DNA of 64,000 bases from an uncultured delta proteobacterium (GCA_963787125.1 CAWBBV010000001.1:640001-704000), one strand, 5' to 3'. Counted from the first letter of the stretch, positions 1-12,834 are shown. Translations and numbers: made by a program. The notes: generated by a model from the letters alone, not told the origin.

Positions 1-185
1 CTCTGTGGCCCGTTTTTAACTTCGTTGCGAAAGTCTATGTGCTGATGTTTGTCTGTATGTGGATTCGTGCTACCTACCCACGCTACCGCTATGATCAGTT
101 GATGAAGCTCGGTTGGAAGTGTTTCCTCCCGATAGCCCTGTTTCTGATTATGGGCAACGCAATCTGGATGACTCTGTTCAAATAA
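1..185 (+). CDS. nuoH: NADH-quinone oxidoreductase subunit H, C-terminal part (5' truncated by window)
   Basis: Frame 3 reads ...[25 protein letters not shown]...FK* (NuoH signature), stop TAA 183-185, directly before nuoI. Confidence 0.95.
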   Translation, partial: LWPVFNFVAKVYVLMFVCMWIRATYPRYRYDQLMKLGWKCFLPIALFLIMGNAIWMTLFK

Positions 186-231
186 TAAGTTTATTAAACT
201 TCCCGACTGAATCTGTGGAGAGGATACGCAA

Positions 232-630
232 ATGATAGTACCCCTGATCAAAGGCCTGCAAATAACATTCAGCCATCTCTTCAAGAAGGCGGTAACGCTT
301 CAGTATCCTGAGGAAAGGCCGAATGTTGCTCCTAATTTCCGTGGACTGCACACCCTCAAGGTTTCGCACGACAATGCAAAGTGTGTTGCCTGCTATCTCT
401 GCCCGACTGTCTGCCCTGCAAAGTGCATAATTGTCGAGGCAGGTGAGGATGAAAACCATGAGAAATTCGCAGCTAAATACGAAATTGACATGCTACGGTG
501 CATTTTTTGTGGCTTCTGTGTAGAAGCGTGTCCAGTTGATGCGCTCGGCATGACACAGAATTTTGAACTTGCCAATTACAAACGCGAAGATTTTATTTTT
601 TCCAAAGAACGACTGCTAGAAAAGAGATAA
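232..630 (+). CDS. nuoI: NADH-quinone oxidoreductase subunit I
   Basis: Two CxxCxxCxxxCP 4Fe-4S motifs, TLQYPEE...FRGLH; operon position. Confidence 0.97.
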   Translation: MIVPLIKGLQITFSHLFKKAVTLQYPEERPNVAPNFRGLHTLKVSHDNAKCVACYLCPTVCPAKCIIVEAGEDENHEKFAAKYEIDMLRCIFCGFCVEACPVDALGMTQNFELANYKREDFIFSKERLLEKR

Positions 631-640
631 AGGAGCAGCA

Positions 641-1144
641 ATGGAAACCCTGTTTTTCCTGATTGTCGCAGCAATAGCCGTAATCTCCGCAATCCTTGTG
701 ATTACGAATAAAAACCCGCTCAACAGTGCGCTATCGCTCATAATGACATTTTTCTGTCTTGCAACCCTGTACGTCATGCTTGAAGCACCTTTCATGGCAG
801 CAATCCAGATAATTGTTTATGCCGGTGCGATTATGGTTCTGTTTGTCTTTGTCATTATGCTTCTGAATGTCAGAACAGAGTCTGCCCGCAGAGGCAAGCA
901 TGCTCTCTTCCTTGGTACAATGACGGGATTACTGCTCCTTATTCAGACCTGGTATACAATCGGCAGAAGTTCACTGACCGGAATGAACGGCCCAGTTGAC
1001 TCAGCTCTCATTGCCAAGGTAGGTCACACCGAGCTCATAGGAAAATCACTCTTTACTGATTTCCTCTTGCCGTTTGAAATCACGTCTATTCTGCTTCTGG
1101 CTGCCATTGTCGGTGCAGTAATACTTTCCAAGAAAAAACTGTAA
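641..1144 (+). CDS. nuoJ: NADH-quinone oxidoreductase subunit J
   Basis: [20 protein letters not shown] and [11 protein letters not shown] motifs. Confidence 0.97.
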   Translation: METLFFLIVAAIAVISAILVITNKNPLNSALSLIMTFFCLATLYVMLEAPFMAAIQIIVYAGAIMVLFVFVIMLLNVRTESARRGKHALFLGTMTGLLLLIQTWYTIGRSSLTGMNGPVDSALIAKVGHTELIGKSLFTDFLLPFEITSILLLAAIVGAVILSKKKL

Positions 1145-1161
1145 GAGTCAGGAGATATATA

Positions 1162-1464
1162 ATGGTTTCCCTAAACAGCTATCTTATTCTCAGCGCAATA
1201 CTCTTCGCAATCGGTACTATTGGTGTTCTGACTCGCAGAAATGCTATTGTAATTTTCATGTGCGTCGAACTGATGCTGAATGCAGTCAATCTGACCTTCA
1301 TCGCTTTTTCAAAGTTCCATGGCAATCTTGACGGGCAGATTTTCGTTTTTTTCGTCATGACAGTTGCAGCGGCTGAAGCTGCGGTCGGTCTTGCCTTGAT
1401 GATCGCCTTCTACAAAAATCGAGAATCGATTGATGTGGAAGATATGAATATGATGAAGTGGTAG
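1162..1464 (+). CDS. nuoK: NADH-quinone oxidoreductase subunit K
   Basis: ELMLNAVNL and [11 protein letters not shown] motifs. Confidence 0.98.
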   Translation: MVSLNSYLILSAILFAIGTIGVLTRRNAIVIFMCVELMLNAVNLTFIAFSKFHGNLDGQIFVFFVMTVAAAEAAVGLALMIAFYKNRESIDVEDMNMMKW

Positions 1465-1509
1465 TCCGATCCTGCTTAAAACGAATCATTTTACTCGAAG
1501 GAGTCCGTA

Positions 1510-3498
1510 ATGCTTGACAATGTATGGCTCATACCACTGTTCCCTCTCATTGGGTTTCTGATTAACGGCTTATTAGGCAAGAAGATCAAAAATGAGGCGA
1601 TTATAGGCGGAATTGGTACAGCAGCGATTTTTTGCTCCTTTCTGGTCTCTTGCGGAATATTGAAAGACCTGATTGCTCTTGATCCTGAACACCGCGTATT
1701 CGAGAAGGTTGTATTTCCATGGATTCAAGCCGGCGTTTTCAAAGCCGACATGGCTTTTTTGGTTGACCCCCTATCTGCTGTCATGATTATGGTGGTAACA
1801 GGTGTTGGCTCCCTGATTCACCTTTACTCAATCGGCTATATGCATGGCGAAGAGGGCTTTTACAGGTTTTTCGCTTACCTAAATCTTTTTTGCATGTCGA
1901 TGCTGCTTTTGGTTCTTGGCGCAAATATGCTTGTCATGTTTATCGGCTGGGAAGGTGTAGGTCTGTGCTCTTACCTTCTTATCGGGTATTACTTTGAGAA
2001 AAAATCTGCCGGTGATGCGGCCAAAAAAGCATTTGTTATGAACAGGGTGGGTGACTTCGGTTTCCTTATCGGTCTTTTTATCCTTTTCTGGTGGCTTGGC
2101 AGTAACCATGGCATCTGGACTGTCAACTTTACAGAGATCAAAGCAGCTTCCCACCTTCTCCCTTACGGTGGAGTAGTGACAATCGCGACTCTCTGCTTTT
2201 TCGTCGGCGCAACCGGTAAATCGGCCCAGATTCCACTCTATACATGGCTCCCTGACGCGATGGAAGGTCCTACACCTGTTTCCGCACTCATCCATGCTGC
2301 CACTATGGTAACTGCAGGTGTATACATGATCGGCCGGATGAGTTTTGTTTTCATCAAGGCGCCGGAAACAATGCTGGTAATAGCCGTGATAGGTGCTGCT
2401 ACTGCCATTTTTGCTGCGACAATCGGCACAGCACAAAATGACATCAAACGTGTCCTTGCCTATTCTACTGTGTCGCAGCTCGGATTCATGTTTCTTGCAA
2501 TGGGTGTCGGCGCATTCGGCGCGGGTATTTTCCACCTGATGACACACGCCTTCTTTAAAGCCTGTCTGTTCCTTGGTTCAGGTTCGGTTATACACGCCAT
2601 GCACCATGCTTTACATAAGGGGCATTTGAATGATGATGCTCAGGATATGAGAAATATGGGCGGACTGCGTAAGGCAATGCCAATTACGTTCGCTACATTC
2701 TTTGTGTCAACTATTGCTATTGCGGGTATCCCACCGCTTTCAGGTTTCTTTTCCAAGGATGAAATACTCTGGCAAGCATTTAGCAACCCTTTCCACGGTA
2801 GTGTTAACTTTTATTTATGGCTGGCTGGTGCAGTTGCTGCCTGCTTTACCGCGTTTTACATGTTCAGACTTGTCTTTATGACATTTTTCGGTGATTGCCG
2901 CATCAATCCGAAAGTAAAGGATCATCTGCACGAGTCACCTTTAGTCATTACTATCCCCTTGATGGTGCTTGCTTTCCTGGCTGCTGTCGGTGGATTTATT
3001 GGTGTCCCGAAGCTTCTGGGTGGGCTGAATCATTTTGAACATTGGCTTGATCCAGTATTTGAATTGGCAGGTGAATACAGTAAGCAGTATGCACATGTAC
3101 ATGAACATGGCCATTCTCTTGAAGTTGGGTTAATGGTCGGGTCAGTTATTATTGCCACTATCGGTATTTCACTTGCTTATACAATGTACATGGCAAACAG
3201 GACTCTTCCTGGGAAATTCACATCCACATTCCCTGCACTGCATAAAGCAGTTTATAACAAGTGGTATGTAGATGAGATTTATGATTTCCTTTTTGTGAAC
3301 CCGTGCAAGTCTTTTGGCAATCTTCTCTGGAGAGGGTTTGATGTAGTGATCGTAGATGGCATTGTCAATGGCACAGCAAAGTTAGTGATGGCTTTTTCTG
3401 CAGGACTTAAAGGCCTGCAGTCCGGTTATGTTCATAATTATGCCATGGGAATGGCGCTCGGTGTTGTCGGTATTCTGGCGTTTTACATATTCCGTTAA
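1510..3498 (+). CDS. nuoL: NADH-quinone oxidoreductase subunit L
   Basis: GKSAQIPLYTWLPDAMEGPTPVSALIHAATMV, HLMTHAFFKA. Confidence 0.98.
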   Translation: MLDNVWLIPLFPLIGFLINGLLGKKIKNEAIIGGIGTAAIFCSFLVSCGILKDLIALDPEHRVFEKVVFPWIQAGVFKADMAFLVDPLSAVMIMVVTGVGSLIHLYSIGYMHGEEGFYRFFAYLNLFCMSMLLLVLGANMLVMFIGWEGVGLCSYLLIGYYFEKKSAGDAAKKAFVMNRVGDFGFLIGLFILFWWLGSNHGIWTVNFTEIKAASHLLPYGGVVTIATLCFFVGATGKSAQIPLYTWLPDAMEGPTPVSALIHAATMVTAGVYMIGRMSFVFIKAPETMLVIAVIGAATAIFAATIGTAQNDIKRVLAYSTVSQLGFMFLAMGVGAFGAGIFHLMTHAFFKACLFLGSGSVIHAMHHALHKGHLNDDAQDMRNMGGLRKAMPITFATFFVSTIAIAGIPPLSGFFSKDEILWQAFSNPFHGSVNFYLWLAGAVAACFTAFYMFRLVFMTFFGDCRINPKVKDHLHESPLVITIPLMVLAFLAAVGGFIGVPKLLGGLNHFEHWLDPVFELAGEYSKQYAHVHEHGHSLEVGLMVGSVIIATIGISLAYTMYMANRTLPGKFTSTFPALHKAVYNKWYVDEIYDFLFVNPCKSFGNLLWRGFDVVIVDGIVNGTAKLVMAFSAGLKGLQSGYVHNYAMGMALGVVGILAFYIFR

Positions 3499-3537
3499 CA
3501 GATTCAAGACTGTTGAGATATTAAAGGAGCAGATTCA

Positions 3538-5142
3538 ATGAATGAAGTTATCCTGAGCCTGATCACCTTTTTGCCGCTTGCAGGGGTTATTCTTCTGCTG
3601 TTTATACCAAGCGGCAATCATGCCCTGTTGAGAGGGTTCACACTGGCGGTTACGGTCGTTACTTTTATAGCCTCTCTTCCGCTTGCGACCGGTTTTGTAA
3701 CCAATGCAGATTATCAGTTCGTCCTGAAAATGCCCTGGATCAGTGCCGGACCTTTTAAAATGAACTATCATGTCGGTATTGACGGTATCAGTCTCTGGCT
3801 GGTCATGCTTACTACCTTCATCATGCCAATTGCAGTTCTCTCAACATGGAATGCAGTTCATGAGAAAGTAAAAGGTTACATGTCCTGTCTCCTGCTTCTT
3901 CAGGTAGGTATGCTAGGAGCGTTCATTTCGCTTGACCTCTTTCTTTTTTATATCTTCTGGGAAGTCATGCTGATTCCGATGTACTTTATCATTGGTATAT
4001 GGGGCGGAAAGAACAGAATTTATGCCGCTGTCAAGTTCTTCATCTATACAATGGTTGGCTCACTCCTGATGCTTGTTGCGATAATCGCCCTTTATTTCAA
4101 GGGTCTTAGTGCCGGAGTAACAGATTTCAGCCTGTTGAATTTCTTCGGGCTGAATCTTGATCCTGTAACCCAAACATGGATGTTTCTGGCGTTTGCCCTT
4201 GCCTTTGCCATTAAGGTTCCGATGTTTCCTCTCCATACATGGTTGCCTGACGCACATACCGAAGCTCCTACAGCCGGTTCAGTTATTCTGGCTGCAGTTC
4301 TGCTGAAAATGGGTACCTACGGTTACGTTCGATTTGCTATGCCGCTCTTTCCAGATGCAGTTGATAAGTTTACACCGCTTATCGCCACTCTTTCAGTTAT
4401 CGGTGTTATCTATGCTTCCCTGGTGGCTATGGTTCAGGAGGATGTAAAGAAACTCGTTGCCTACTCATCTGTTGCTCACCTGGGATTTGTGATGCTCGGT
4501 GTTTTTTCTCTCAACCAGATGGGGCTTCAAGGTGGCATGCTGCAGATGCTTAATCATGGGGTTTCTACAGGTGCACTCTTCCTTATCGTCGGCTTTATTT
4601 ATGAACGCCGCCATACAAGGTTGATTACAGATTTTGGTGGACTTTCGAAGCAGATGCCGATCTTTGCAACAATATTTATGATTGTTACTTTTTCTTCCAT
4701 TGGCTTGCCAGGTACTAATGGTTTCGTCGGTGAATTTCTCGTTCTGCTTGGTGCTTTTGAGAGTAAGCTCCGCTGGTACACTGTTGTTGCTTCCAGCGGC
4801 GTTATCCTCTCTGCTGTGTATATGCTCTGGATGTTTCAACGTGTCATGTTCGGCAAGCTCGACAACCCTAAAAATCAGAAGCTTGAGGATTTGAACGGGC
4901 GTGAGATCGCTATTATGTTGCCTCTTGTATTTCTTATCTTCTTTATGGGGCTTTACCCTACGCCATTTATTAAAAAGATGGCCCCTGCTCTGGACAAGGT
5001 TATCGCTCAGAGCCGCGTTAACCAGCCAGCTCCACCGCAGGCAATGCAGATGATACCTCAGGGTATGATGCCGCAAAGTCATCCAGGTGTGCCAGCAGGG
5101 CATCCTGATATGCCGTCTGGTAAGCCAGCTGGGCATCCTTAA
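3538..5142 (+). CDS. nuoM: NADH-quinone oxidoreductase subunit M (with Pro/His/Met-rich C-terminal tail)
   Basis: AIKVPMFPLHTWLPDAHTEAPTAGSVILA, GLPGTNGFVGEF. Confidence 0.98.
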   Translation: MNEVILSLITFLPLAGVILLLFIPSGNHALLRGFTLAVTVVTFIASLPLATGFVTNADYQFVLKMPWISAGPFKMNYHVGIDGISLWLVMLTTFIMPIAVLSTWNAVHEKVKGYMSCLLLLQVGMLGAFISLDLFLFYIFWEVMLIPMYFIIGIWGGKNRIYAAVKFFIYTMVGSLLMLVAIIALYFKGLSAGVTDFSLLNFFGLNLDPVTQTWMFLAFALAFAIKVPMFPLHTWLPDAHTEAPTAGSVILAAVLLKMGTYGYVRFAMPLFPDAVDKFTPLIATLSVIGVIYASLVAMVQEDVKKLVAYSSVAHLGFVMLGVFSLNQMGLQGGMLQMLNHGVSTGALFLIVGFIYERRHTRLITDFGGLSKQMPIFATIFMIVTFSSIGLPGTNGFVGEFLVLLGAFESKLRWYTVVASSGVILSAVYMLWMFQRVMFGKLDNPKNQKLEDLNGREIAIMLPLVFLIFFMGLYPTPFIKKMAPALDKVIAQSRVNQPAPPQAMQMIPQGMMPQSHPGVPAGHPDMPSGKPAGHP

Positions 5143-5185
5143 TAGGTTTAAAACAGATCCGCTAAAAAGATACCGGAGGAGATAG

Positions 5186-6646
5186 ATGGTAGCAATTGAT
5201 ACTTCATTGATGATGATTAAGATGTCTGTGATAGCGCCTGAGGTGATACTTTCACTCTTTGCGATGGCGCTTCTCTTGATCAACGTTTTTGTTAAAAGCG
5301 AGACTAAGGGTTATCTTGGCTACCTAGGCATAGCGGGTATTGTCGTAAGTCTCTTAACCCTTTTGTCTGGATGGGGAAGCCCGACAGAAGCTTTTAGCGG
5401 GACTATTGTACAGGATAATTTTGCGATCTTCTTCAAAGGAATATTCCTGATTTCAGCGGCAATGAGCATTCTTATCACTGACAAGTATCTGGTGCGCGAA
5501 GAGTGCAATCAGGGTGAGATTTATCCACTGATTCTCTTTGCAACAGTCGGCATGATGCTGATGGCTGCAGGCACAGATCTGATGACTATTTTTCTCGGTC
5601 TTGAAGTTCTCTCAGTTTCTCTTTATATCTTGGCTGGTTTCAACCGTGCTTCTCTTAAATCCAATGAAGCAGGGCTTAAATATTTCCTCCTCGGCGCATT
5701 CTCTACCGGGTTCCTTCTCTACGGTATGGCCCTTATTTACGGCGCAACTGGTACAACCAAAGTTGCCAAAATCGCTGCGGTCATTTCACAAACAGGAATG
5801 GGAACATCTAATTTAGTGCTTGTTGCCGGCATGCTCCTAATGGCAACCGGGTTCGCATTCAAAATAGCAGCAGCACCATTTCATATGTGGACACCTGACG
5901 TTTACGAGGGTGCCCCAACACCGATGACTGCTTTTATGTCTGTCGGGCCAAAGGCTGCGGGTTTCGCTGCGTTCCTCCGGGTGTTTCTTGTCGCGCTTCC
6001 TGCACTTAAGCCGGAGTGGACTTGGCTTATATGGGGACTTGCTGTTTTGACAATGACGATTGGTAACATCACTGCTCTTTATCAACAGAATATCAAACGG
6101 ATGCTTGCATACTCTTCTATAGCTCATGCAGGCTATGTCCTTGTCGGTTTTACTGCTGGAAATGCAGTTGGAACGGCCGGCATTCTATTTTATATGCTTT
6201 CGTACGCCTTTATGAATATTGGTGCCTTTGCGATAATTATCCTTGTCGGTAAAAAGGGAGAAGAGAACAATAATGTTTCTGATTACGCAGGGTTTGGTTA
6301 TAAACACCCGATTCTCGCTATAGCAATGTGTATCTTCCTTTTTTCACTTGCCGGCATTCCCCCGGCAGCCGGTTTTATCGGCAAATTCTATCTATTCTCC
6401 GGTGCTATTCAGGCAGGTTATATCTGGCTTGCTATCATTGGTGTGCTAAACAGTGCAGCATCAGTTTATTATTATCTCAGGGTCATGGTTTTTATGTACT
6501 TCAAGGACCCTACGGAAGAGTTTGCGTGGGTTAAGTTGACACCAGCTTTTGTAGTCTGCCTCATTATCGCGGTTGCTGGTGTTCTCATCCCTGGCGTGCT
6601 ACCCGGCGTTTTCCTTGAGATTGCTCAGAAAGCAGTATTCATGTAA
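5186..6646 (+). CDS. nuoN: NADH-quinone oxidoreductase subunit N
   Basis: EAGLKYFLLG, FKIAAAPFHMWTPDVYEGAPTP, KRMLAYSSIAHAGY. Confidence 0.98.
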   Translation: MVAIDTSLMMIKMSVIAPEVILSLFAMALLLINVFVKSETKGYLGYLGIAGIVVSLLTLLSGWGSPTEAFSGTIVQDNFAIFFKGIFLISAAMSILITDKYLVREECNQGEIYPLILFATVGMMLMAAGTDLMTIFLGLEVLSVSLYILAGFNRASLKSNEAGLKYFLLGAFSTGFLLYGMALIYGATGTTKVAKIAAVISQTGMGTSNLVLVAGMLLMATGFAFKIAAAPFHMWTPDVYEGAPTPMTAFMSVGPKAAGFAAFLRVFLVALPALKPEWTWLIWGLAVLTMTIGNITALYQQNIKRMLAYSSIAHAGYVLVGFTAGNAVGTAGILFYMLSYAFMNIGAFAIIILVGKKGEENNNVSDYAGFGYKHPILAIAMCIFLFSLAGIPPAAGFIGKFYLFSGAIQAGYIWLAIIGVLNSAASVYYYLRVMVFMYFKDPTEEFAWVKLTPAFVVCLIIAVAGVLIPGVLPGVFLEIAQKAVFM

Positions 6647-6668
6647 TCCTCTTTATATACTCTTAAAG

Positions 6669-6701
6669 AACCCCTCTGTCCAACTACAGAGGGGTTTTTT
6701 T
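6669..6701 (+). terminator. Rho-independent terminator of the nuo operon
   Basis: Stem AACCCCTCTGT / ACAGAGGGGTT followed by a T run. Confidence 0.9.
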
Positions 6702-6769
6702 GTGTATGGCAATTGTCATCGCTGCTATATGATTGACAGAGATTTCTTCAGCTGTTAGGATTTTTAACT

Positions 6770-9447
<2,678 letters not shown>

Positions 9448-9450
9448 AGC

Positions 9451-9479
9451 TTGACGTGAAAAGTTCGATTTGATATAAA
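9451..9479 (+). promoter_or_regulatory. Sigma70 promoter of tRNA-Lys
   Basis: TTGACG (9451-9456), 17-bp spacer, TATAAA (9474-9479). Confidence 0.8.
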
Positions 9480-9496
9480 AATTAACTGGTCACGAC

Positions 9497-9572
9497 GAGC
9501 CGCTAGCTCAGTAGGTAGAGCACCTGACTTTTAATCAGGTGGTCGTTGGTTCGATCCCAACGCGGCTCACCA
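9497..9572 (+). tRNA. tRNA-Lys (anticodon UUU)
   Basis: Acceptor GAGCCGC/GCGGCTC, D-arm AGCTCAGTAGGTAGAGC, anticodon arm CCTGA-CTTTTAA-TCAGG, T-loop TTCGATC, encoded CCA; 76 nt. Confidence 0.98.
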
Positions 9573-9581
9573 TAAAAAATC

Positions 9582-9616
9582 AAGGGGTTACAGCAAATGC
9601 TGTAGCCCCTTTTTTT
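9582..9616 (+). terminator. Rho-independent terminator after tRNA-Lys
   Basis: AAGGGGTTACAGCA / TGCTGTAGCCCCTT stem followed by T run. Confidence 0.88.
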
Positions 9617-9691
9617 GCAAAGTTTTACCTGATAACCGGATAATGTAAAATCAGTTCGGATATAAAAATGCGAATGCTCAAATAAAGCCTT

Positions 9692-11248
9692 TCACCACCT
9701 TATTGTCAGTTCTAAAGCGCCTTCAGCCCCATCCGGAAGTTGCGGCAACTCCTGAATAACCCCGATTTTTTCAAGACGACTCATTAGTTCGAAAAATCTA
9801 TCAACTTCAACTCTTGTGTAGAGGAGATCATTCCCGCCGTTGTAGGCCCTTCCATTGACTTTTCCTCCTAGTGAGGTAACTGCATTTTCTATATCATGCC
9901 CTGCAGCAACAGGATCGACAGTTTTCAATGCAACAGCTAATTCACCGCTTCTGGTACGAGGTAAAGGAACCTTGTTGAGCTGGGAGCGACTTGGAGCGGG
10001 CGCATCACCCCACTCAGGCAGAACGGTAGGGGGTGCCCCGACCTTTTCATTTTTTTGAACTGAATCTATTTTGCTTGTCGGTATCAGCGGCGGTAATTTA
10101 GAAGTAATTGCCGCTTGTGGTGCTGGTTCAGAAGGCAGTATTGCTGGAGGAAGAGGAACGTTGCTGACTACTGTATCAGGCTTAGACACTGTATCAGCTC
10201 TATTGAAAGAACCTTTAAAAACGCCTTTGAACAGAGCTGTAAAGTCAGATCCAATCTGCTCCGGTCTCTTTTCGGCAGAGAGCGGCTGCGTTGGTTGACT
10301 TAGGTTTCGAGGGAGAACAGAATCGGACTTGGATTTGATTAGCAGCAGATAGGAAGAGATGCCGATAAATGAGGTAAGCAAGATAGCAACGGTAATCATA
10401 ATGCGCAACTGTGAAGGAGCCTGAACTCTGACAGTTTTACCGGGAGTGCTCTTAACCTTCTGCATTATTACGGCAGCAAGCCAATGAGGCGGCTCTGCAT
10501 CAGGGAGGCTTTTGATGTCCTCAATCATCCATTCAAGCTCTGCGAGAGCTTTACGACAACTACCACAGTTTTTCAGATGGTTTTTAATATGCTCTTTCTC
10601 GTCACTCTTTATTGAGCTGTCGAGGTAAGCCGAGAAGTTGCGCTGTATCTCGGGGTGAATGACAGCGTCATCGGTTTTCATGACTGAAAATTCTTCGGGG
10701 TTATCAGTCGTGCTCTTAAGCCAGATGGCAAGTGTGCACTGAGCTTCAAACAGCCTGGCGAGCAGCAGTTCACCGCTTATTTTAAGAATTTCCTCAATTC
10801 GCTCAAGAGAGTAACCCCTTACGTAACGGAGCAAGATGAGCTCGCCTAATTCGACAGGAAGCGCCCTTATGCAGAGTGCAAGTTTCTTGTTCATCGCTGC
10901 GGAATAATTGGATTCGTCGGGGGTAGGTTCAGCTAAACCAGCTTGAAAGTCTGACCCTTCAGGTCGATAATCATTAAACTCTCTGCACTCGTTAAGTGCA
11001 ATGGTAACGAGCCATGAAGAAAAGCGGACAGAACCTTTTTGAGTTCTTATGTTCTGAAATGCGGTCAGAAATGAGTTTTCAGTGGCTTCGCATGCACTCT
11101 TCTGCGCGCCAGTGAGCAGCAGAGTGAGATTGAAAATCCTTTTCTGGTATTTCCAGATAAGAGTTTCAAAAGCAGAAAGATCGCCACGATGCCATGATAT
11201 CAGCAGCGGTGCGTCTTCATCAGGGGTAAAGTGGCGGAAATTTCGCAT
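9692..11248 (-). CDS. ECF sigma-like domain fused to zinc-finger (ZAS/zf-HC2) anti-sigma domain, TM helix and extracytoplasmic domain
   Basis: Region 2-like GDLSAFETLIWKYQKRIF...FSSWLVTIALNEC; region 4-like LPVELGELILLRYVRGYSLERI; HLKNCGSC (HxxxCxxC); TM IMITVAILLTSFIGISSYLLLI. Confidence 0.8.
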   Translation of the reverse strand: MRNFRHFTPDEDAPLLISWHRGDLSAFETLIWKYQKRIFNLTLLLTGAQKSACEATENSFLTAFQNIRTQKGSVRFSSWLVTIALNECREFNDYRPEGSDFQAGLAEPTPDESNYSAAMNKKLALCIRALPVELGELILLRYVRGYSLERIEEILKISGELLLARLFEAQCTLAIWLKSTTDNPEEFSVMKTDDAVIHPEIQRNFSAYLDSSIKSDEKEHIKNHLKNCGSCRKALAELEWMIEDIKSLPDAEPPHWLAAVIMQKVKSTPGKTVRVQAPSQLRIMITVAILLTSFIGISSYLLLIKSKSDSVLPRNLSQPTQPLSAEKRPEQIGSDFTALFKGVFKGSFNRADTVSKPDTVVSNVPLPPAILPSEPAPQAAITSKLPPLIPTSKIDSVQKNEKVGAPPTVLPEWGDAPAPSRSQLNKVPLPRTRSGELAVALKTVDPVAAGHDIENAVTSLGGKVNGRAYNGGNDLLYTRVEVDRFFELMSRLEKIGVIQELPQLPDGAEGALELTIRW

Positions 11249-11412
11249 TTTTCGCCCGTAATAATTAAGAGGTCGAAAGAGATATTCTGGCTGATTATAT
11301 CATTAATAAGATAAATAGGAAGAAGTGATCGTGCGTGGGGGATGAAAGACACTTGCTGTACAAAGACAAAAAGGCTATCTTCAAAAAAATTCACATTTCA
11401 AGAGGATTATTC

Positions 11413-12012
11413 ATGTATCGTTTTTTTGCAAGAGCAGTGTTTGTGATAATTCTTTCTTTACCGACATTAGTCTCTGCCGAAACAGTACCGGTTCCGACGG
11501 CTGCTGCAGCAGTTTCTCAAATTCCCGGTGAACAGAAAGCGTCGCCATCTTTGCCGGTTGAAAAACGCTTTCGGGTTGGCTATGCAGACTTAATGAAAAT
11601 AGCAGAACAGTCTGATGCGGGAAAGATCGCCAAGAGTCATTTTGAGGCTAAGGCAGATCGTTATAAAGCGCAACTTGATACAAAGCAGAAGCTGTTGGAA
11701 AAGCAAAAGGCGACACTTGAAGCAAAACTGCCTACGTATACTCCTGAGCAGCGGACAACAAAAATCAAGGAATACGAAAAGAAGGTAGATGAACTCAGAA
11801 AAATGCTGCAAAAGGCCGATAAAGAGATGCGGCCGATGCAGGAGGAGCTTGTCAAGGAGGTTTACGGCAAGATTGAAACAGCAGCGCGCGAGTATGGCGC
11901 AGCTAACGGGTTTTCGGTCATTCTTGAAAAAAAGGAGCTGCTCTATCTTGGCAAAGGAATTGATGCTGAGGACGTTACAGATGCATTGTTGAAGGAGCTA
12001 AATAAAAAGTAA
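11413..12012 (+). CDS. OmpH/Skp-family periplasmic chaperone
   Basis: Signal peptide, RVGYADLMKI, long coiled coil, DVTDALLKELN C-terminus; start moved to ATG 11413 behind AGAGGA. Confidence 0.88.
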   Translation: MYRFFARAVFVIILSLPTLVSAETVPVPTAAAAVSQIPGEQKASPSLPVEKRFRVGYADLMKIAEQSDAGKIAKSHFEAKADRYKAQLDTKQKLLEKQKATLEAKLPTYTPEQRTTKIKEYEKKVDELRKMLQKADKEMRPMQEELVKEVYGKIETAAREYGAANGFSVILEKKELLYLGKGIDAEDVTDALLKELNKK

Positions 12013-12028
12013 ATCGGTACTGAGGCGG

Positions 12029-12700
12029 TTAAATGCTTTCGGAGATAAATTTTTCGATCGAACTTTTGTGCTCTGGCAAAAGAGAAGTGAATCTGATTCC
12101 GCACTGGTGTTTTCCGTCCAGCGTAACCACGGTTCTTGCAATCTCGCCATCAACGGTTATATGTGCCGATCCCGGAAGAAAAAAGGAGCAGTTAAGCTGA
12201 TTGCCAACCAAGAGTTTACGATCAGTTTCGATAAGCATTCCAGAATCACTTATATTCTGCGATGTGCAGAAAAATACCGCATCATCCTTTGATCCCTTCA
12301 CTTTTGCTCTTAGAAGTACCCGATATCCTCTTCTCACCGCGATAGTCAGCAGTTTTTCTACATGTTCGAGTAGTACCCTGGCGCTAAACGGTTTTTTAAG
12401 GCAGATATTGGCGCCGCAGTTTTTGGCGCGTTGTAACTCTGCCGGCTTGTCGTGGCAGACAATGATGAAAGAGACTTCCCTGGATACGCTCTCTTCACGG
12501 AGGCGTGTGCAGAGGAGATCACCGCCCATCTCTGGCAGGTCCAGATCTGAGACAATGAGGTCTACGTTCTCCTGGCGATGAATTTGTAGGGCTACCATGG
12601 CGGACGGCGCCATCAAAACCTGAAACTCTTTTCTGTCAAGCAGGCTCTTGCCCTCATCAAAAAAATAGCGTGATGAATTAATTAGAAGAATTTTTTTCAT
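12029..12700 (-). CDS. Receiver domain + PilZ domain protein
   Basis: REC (DLIVSDLDLPEMGG, KPF) followed by PilZ motifs RRGYR and NISDSG. Confidence 0.88.
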   Translation of the reverse strand: MKKILLINSSRYFFDEGKSLLDRKEFQVLMAPSAMVALQIHRQENVDLIVSDLDLPEMGGDLLCTRLREESVSREVSFIIVCHDKPAELQRAKNCGANICLKKPFSARVLLEHVEKLLTIAVRRGYRVLLRAKVKGSKDDAVFFCTSQNISDSGMLIETDRKLLVGNQLNCSFFLPGSAHITVDGEIARTVVTLDGKHQCGIRFTSLLPEHKSSIEKFISESI

Positions 12701-12834
12701 ATGAGCTCAGTTATATCTGGAAGCTGTCAGCAAAGTCAAGCAGGCAGCAGATATTGAACAGGGCTTCACTTCATCAGGAAGCCCCTCAATTTAAATATTT
12801 TACGACAAGCTTGCATAAGCTTATCGGTCCAATG

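Noticed and set aside
1879..5283. Long antisense ORFs (e.g. 1879-2547, 4465-5283; likewise 23448-24245, 26986-27696, 50968-51807)
   Set aside because: Shadow frames opposite well-conserved genes, with no motifs or RBS support
9497..9572. tRNA-Lys as attachment site of an integrated island
   Set aside because: No integrase next to it and I found no repeat of the tRNA 3' end in the window
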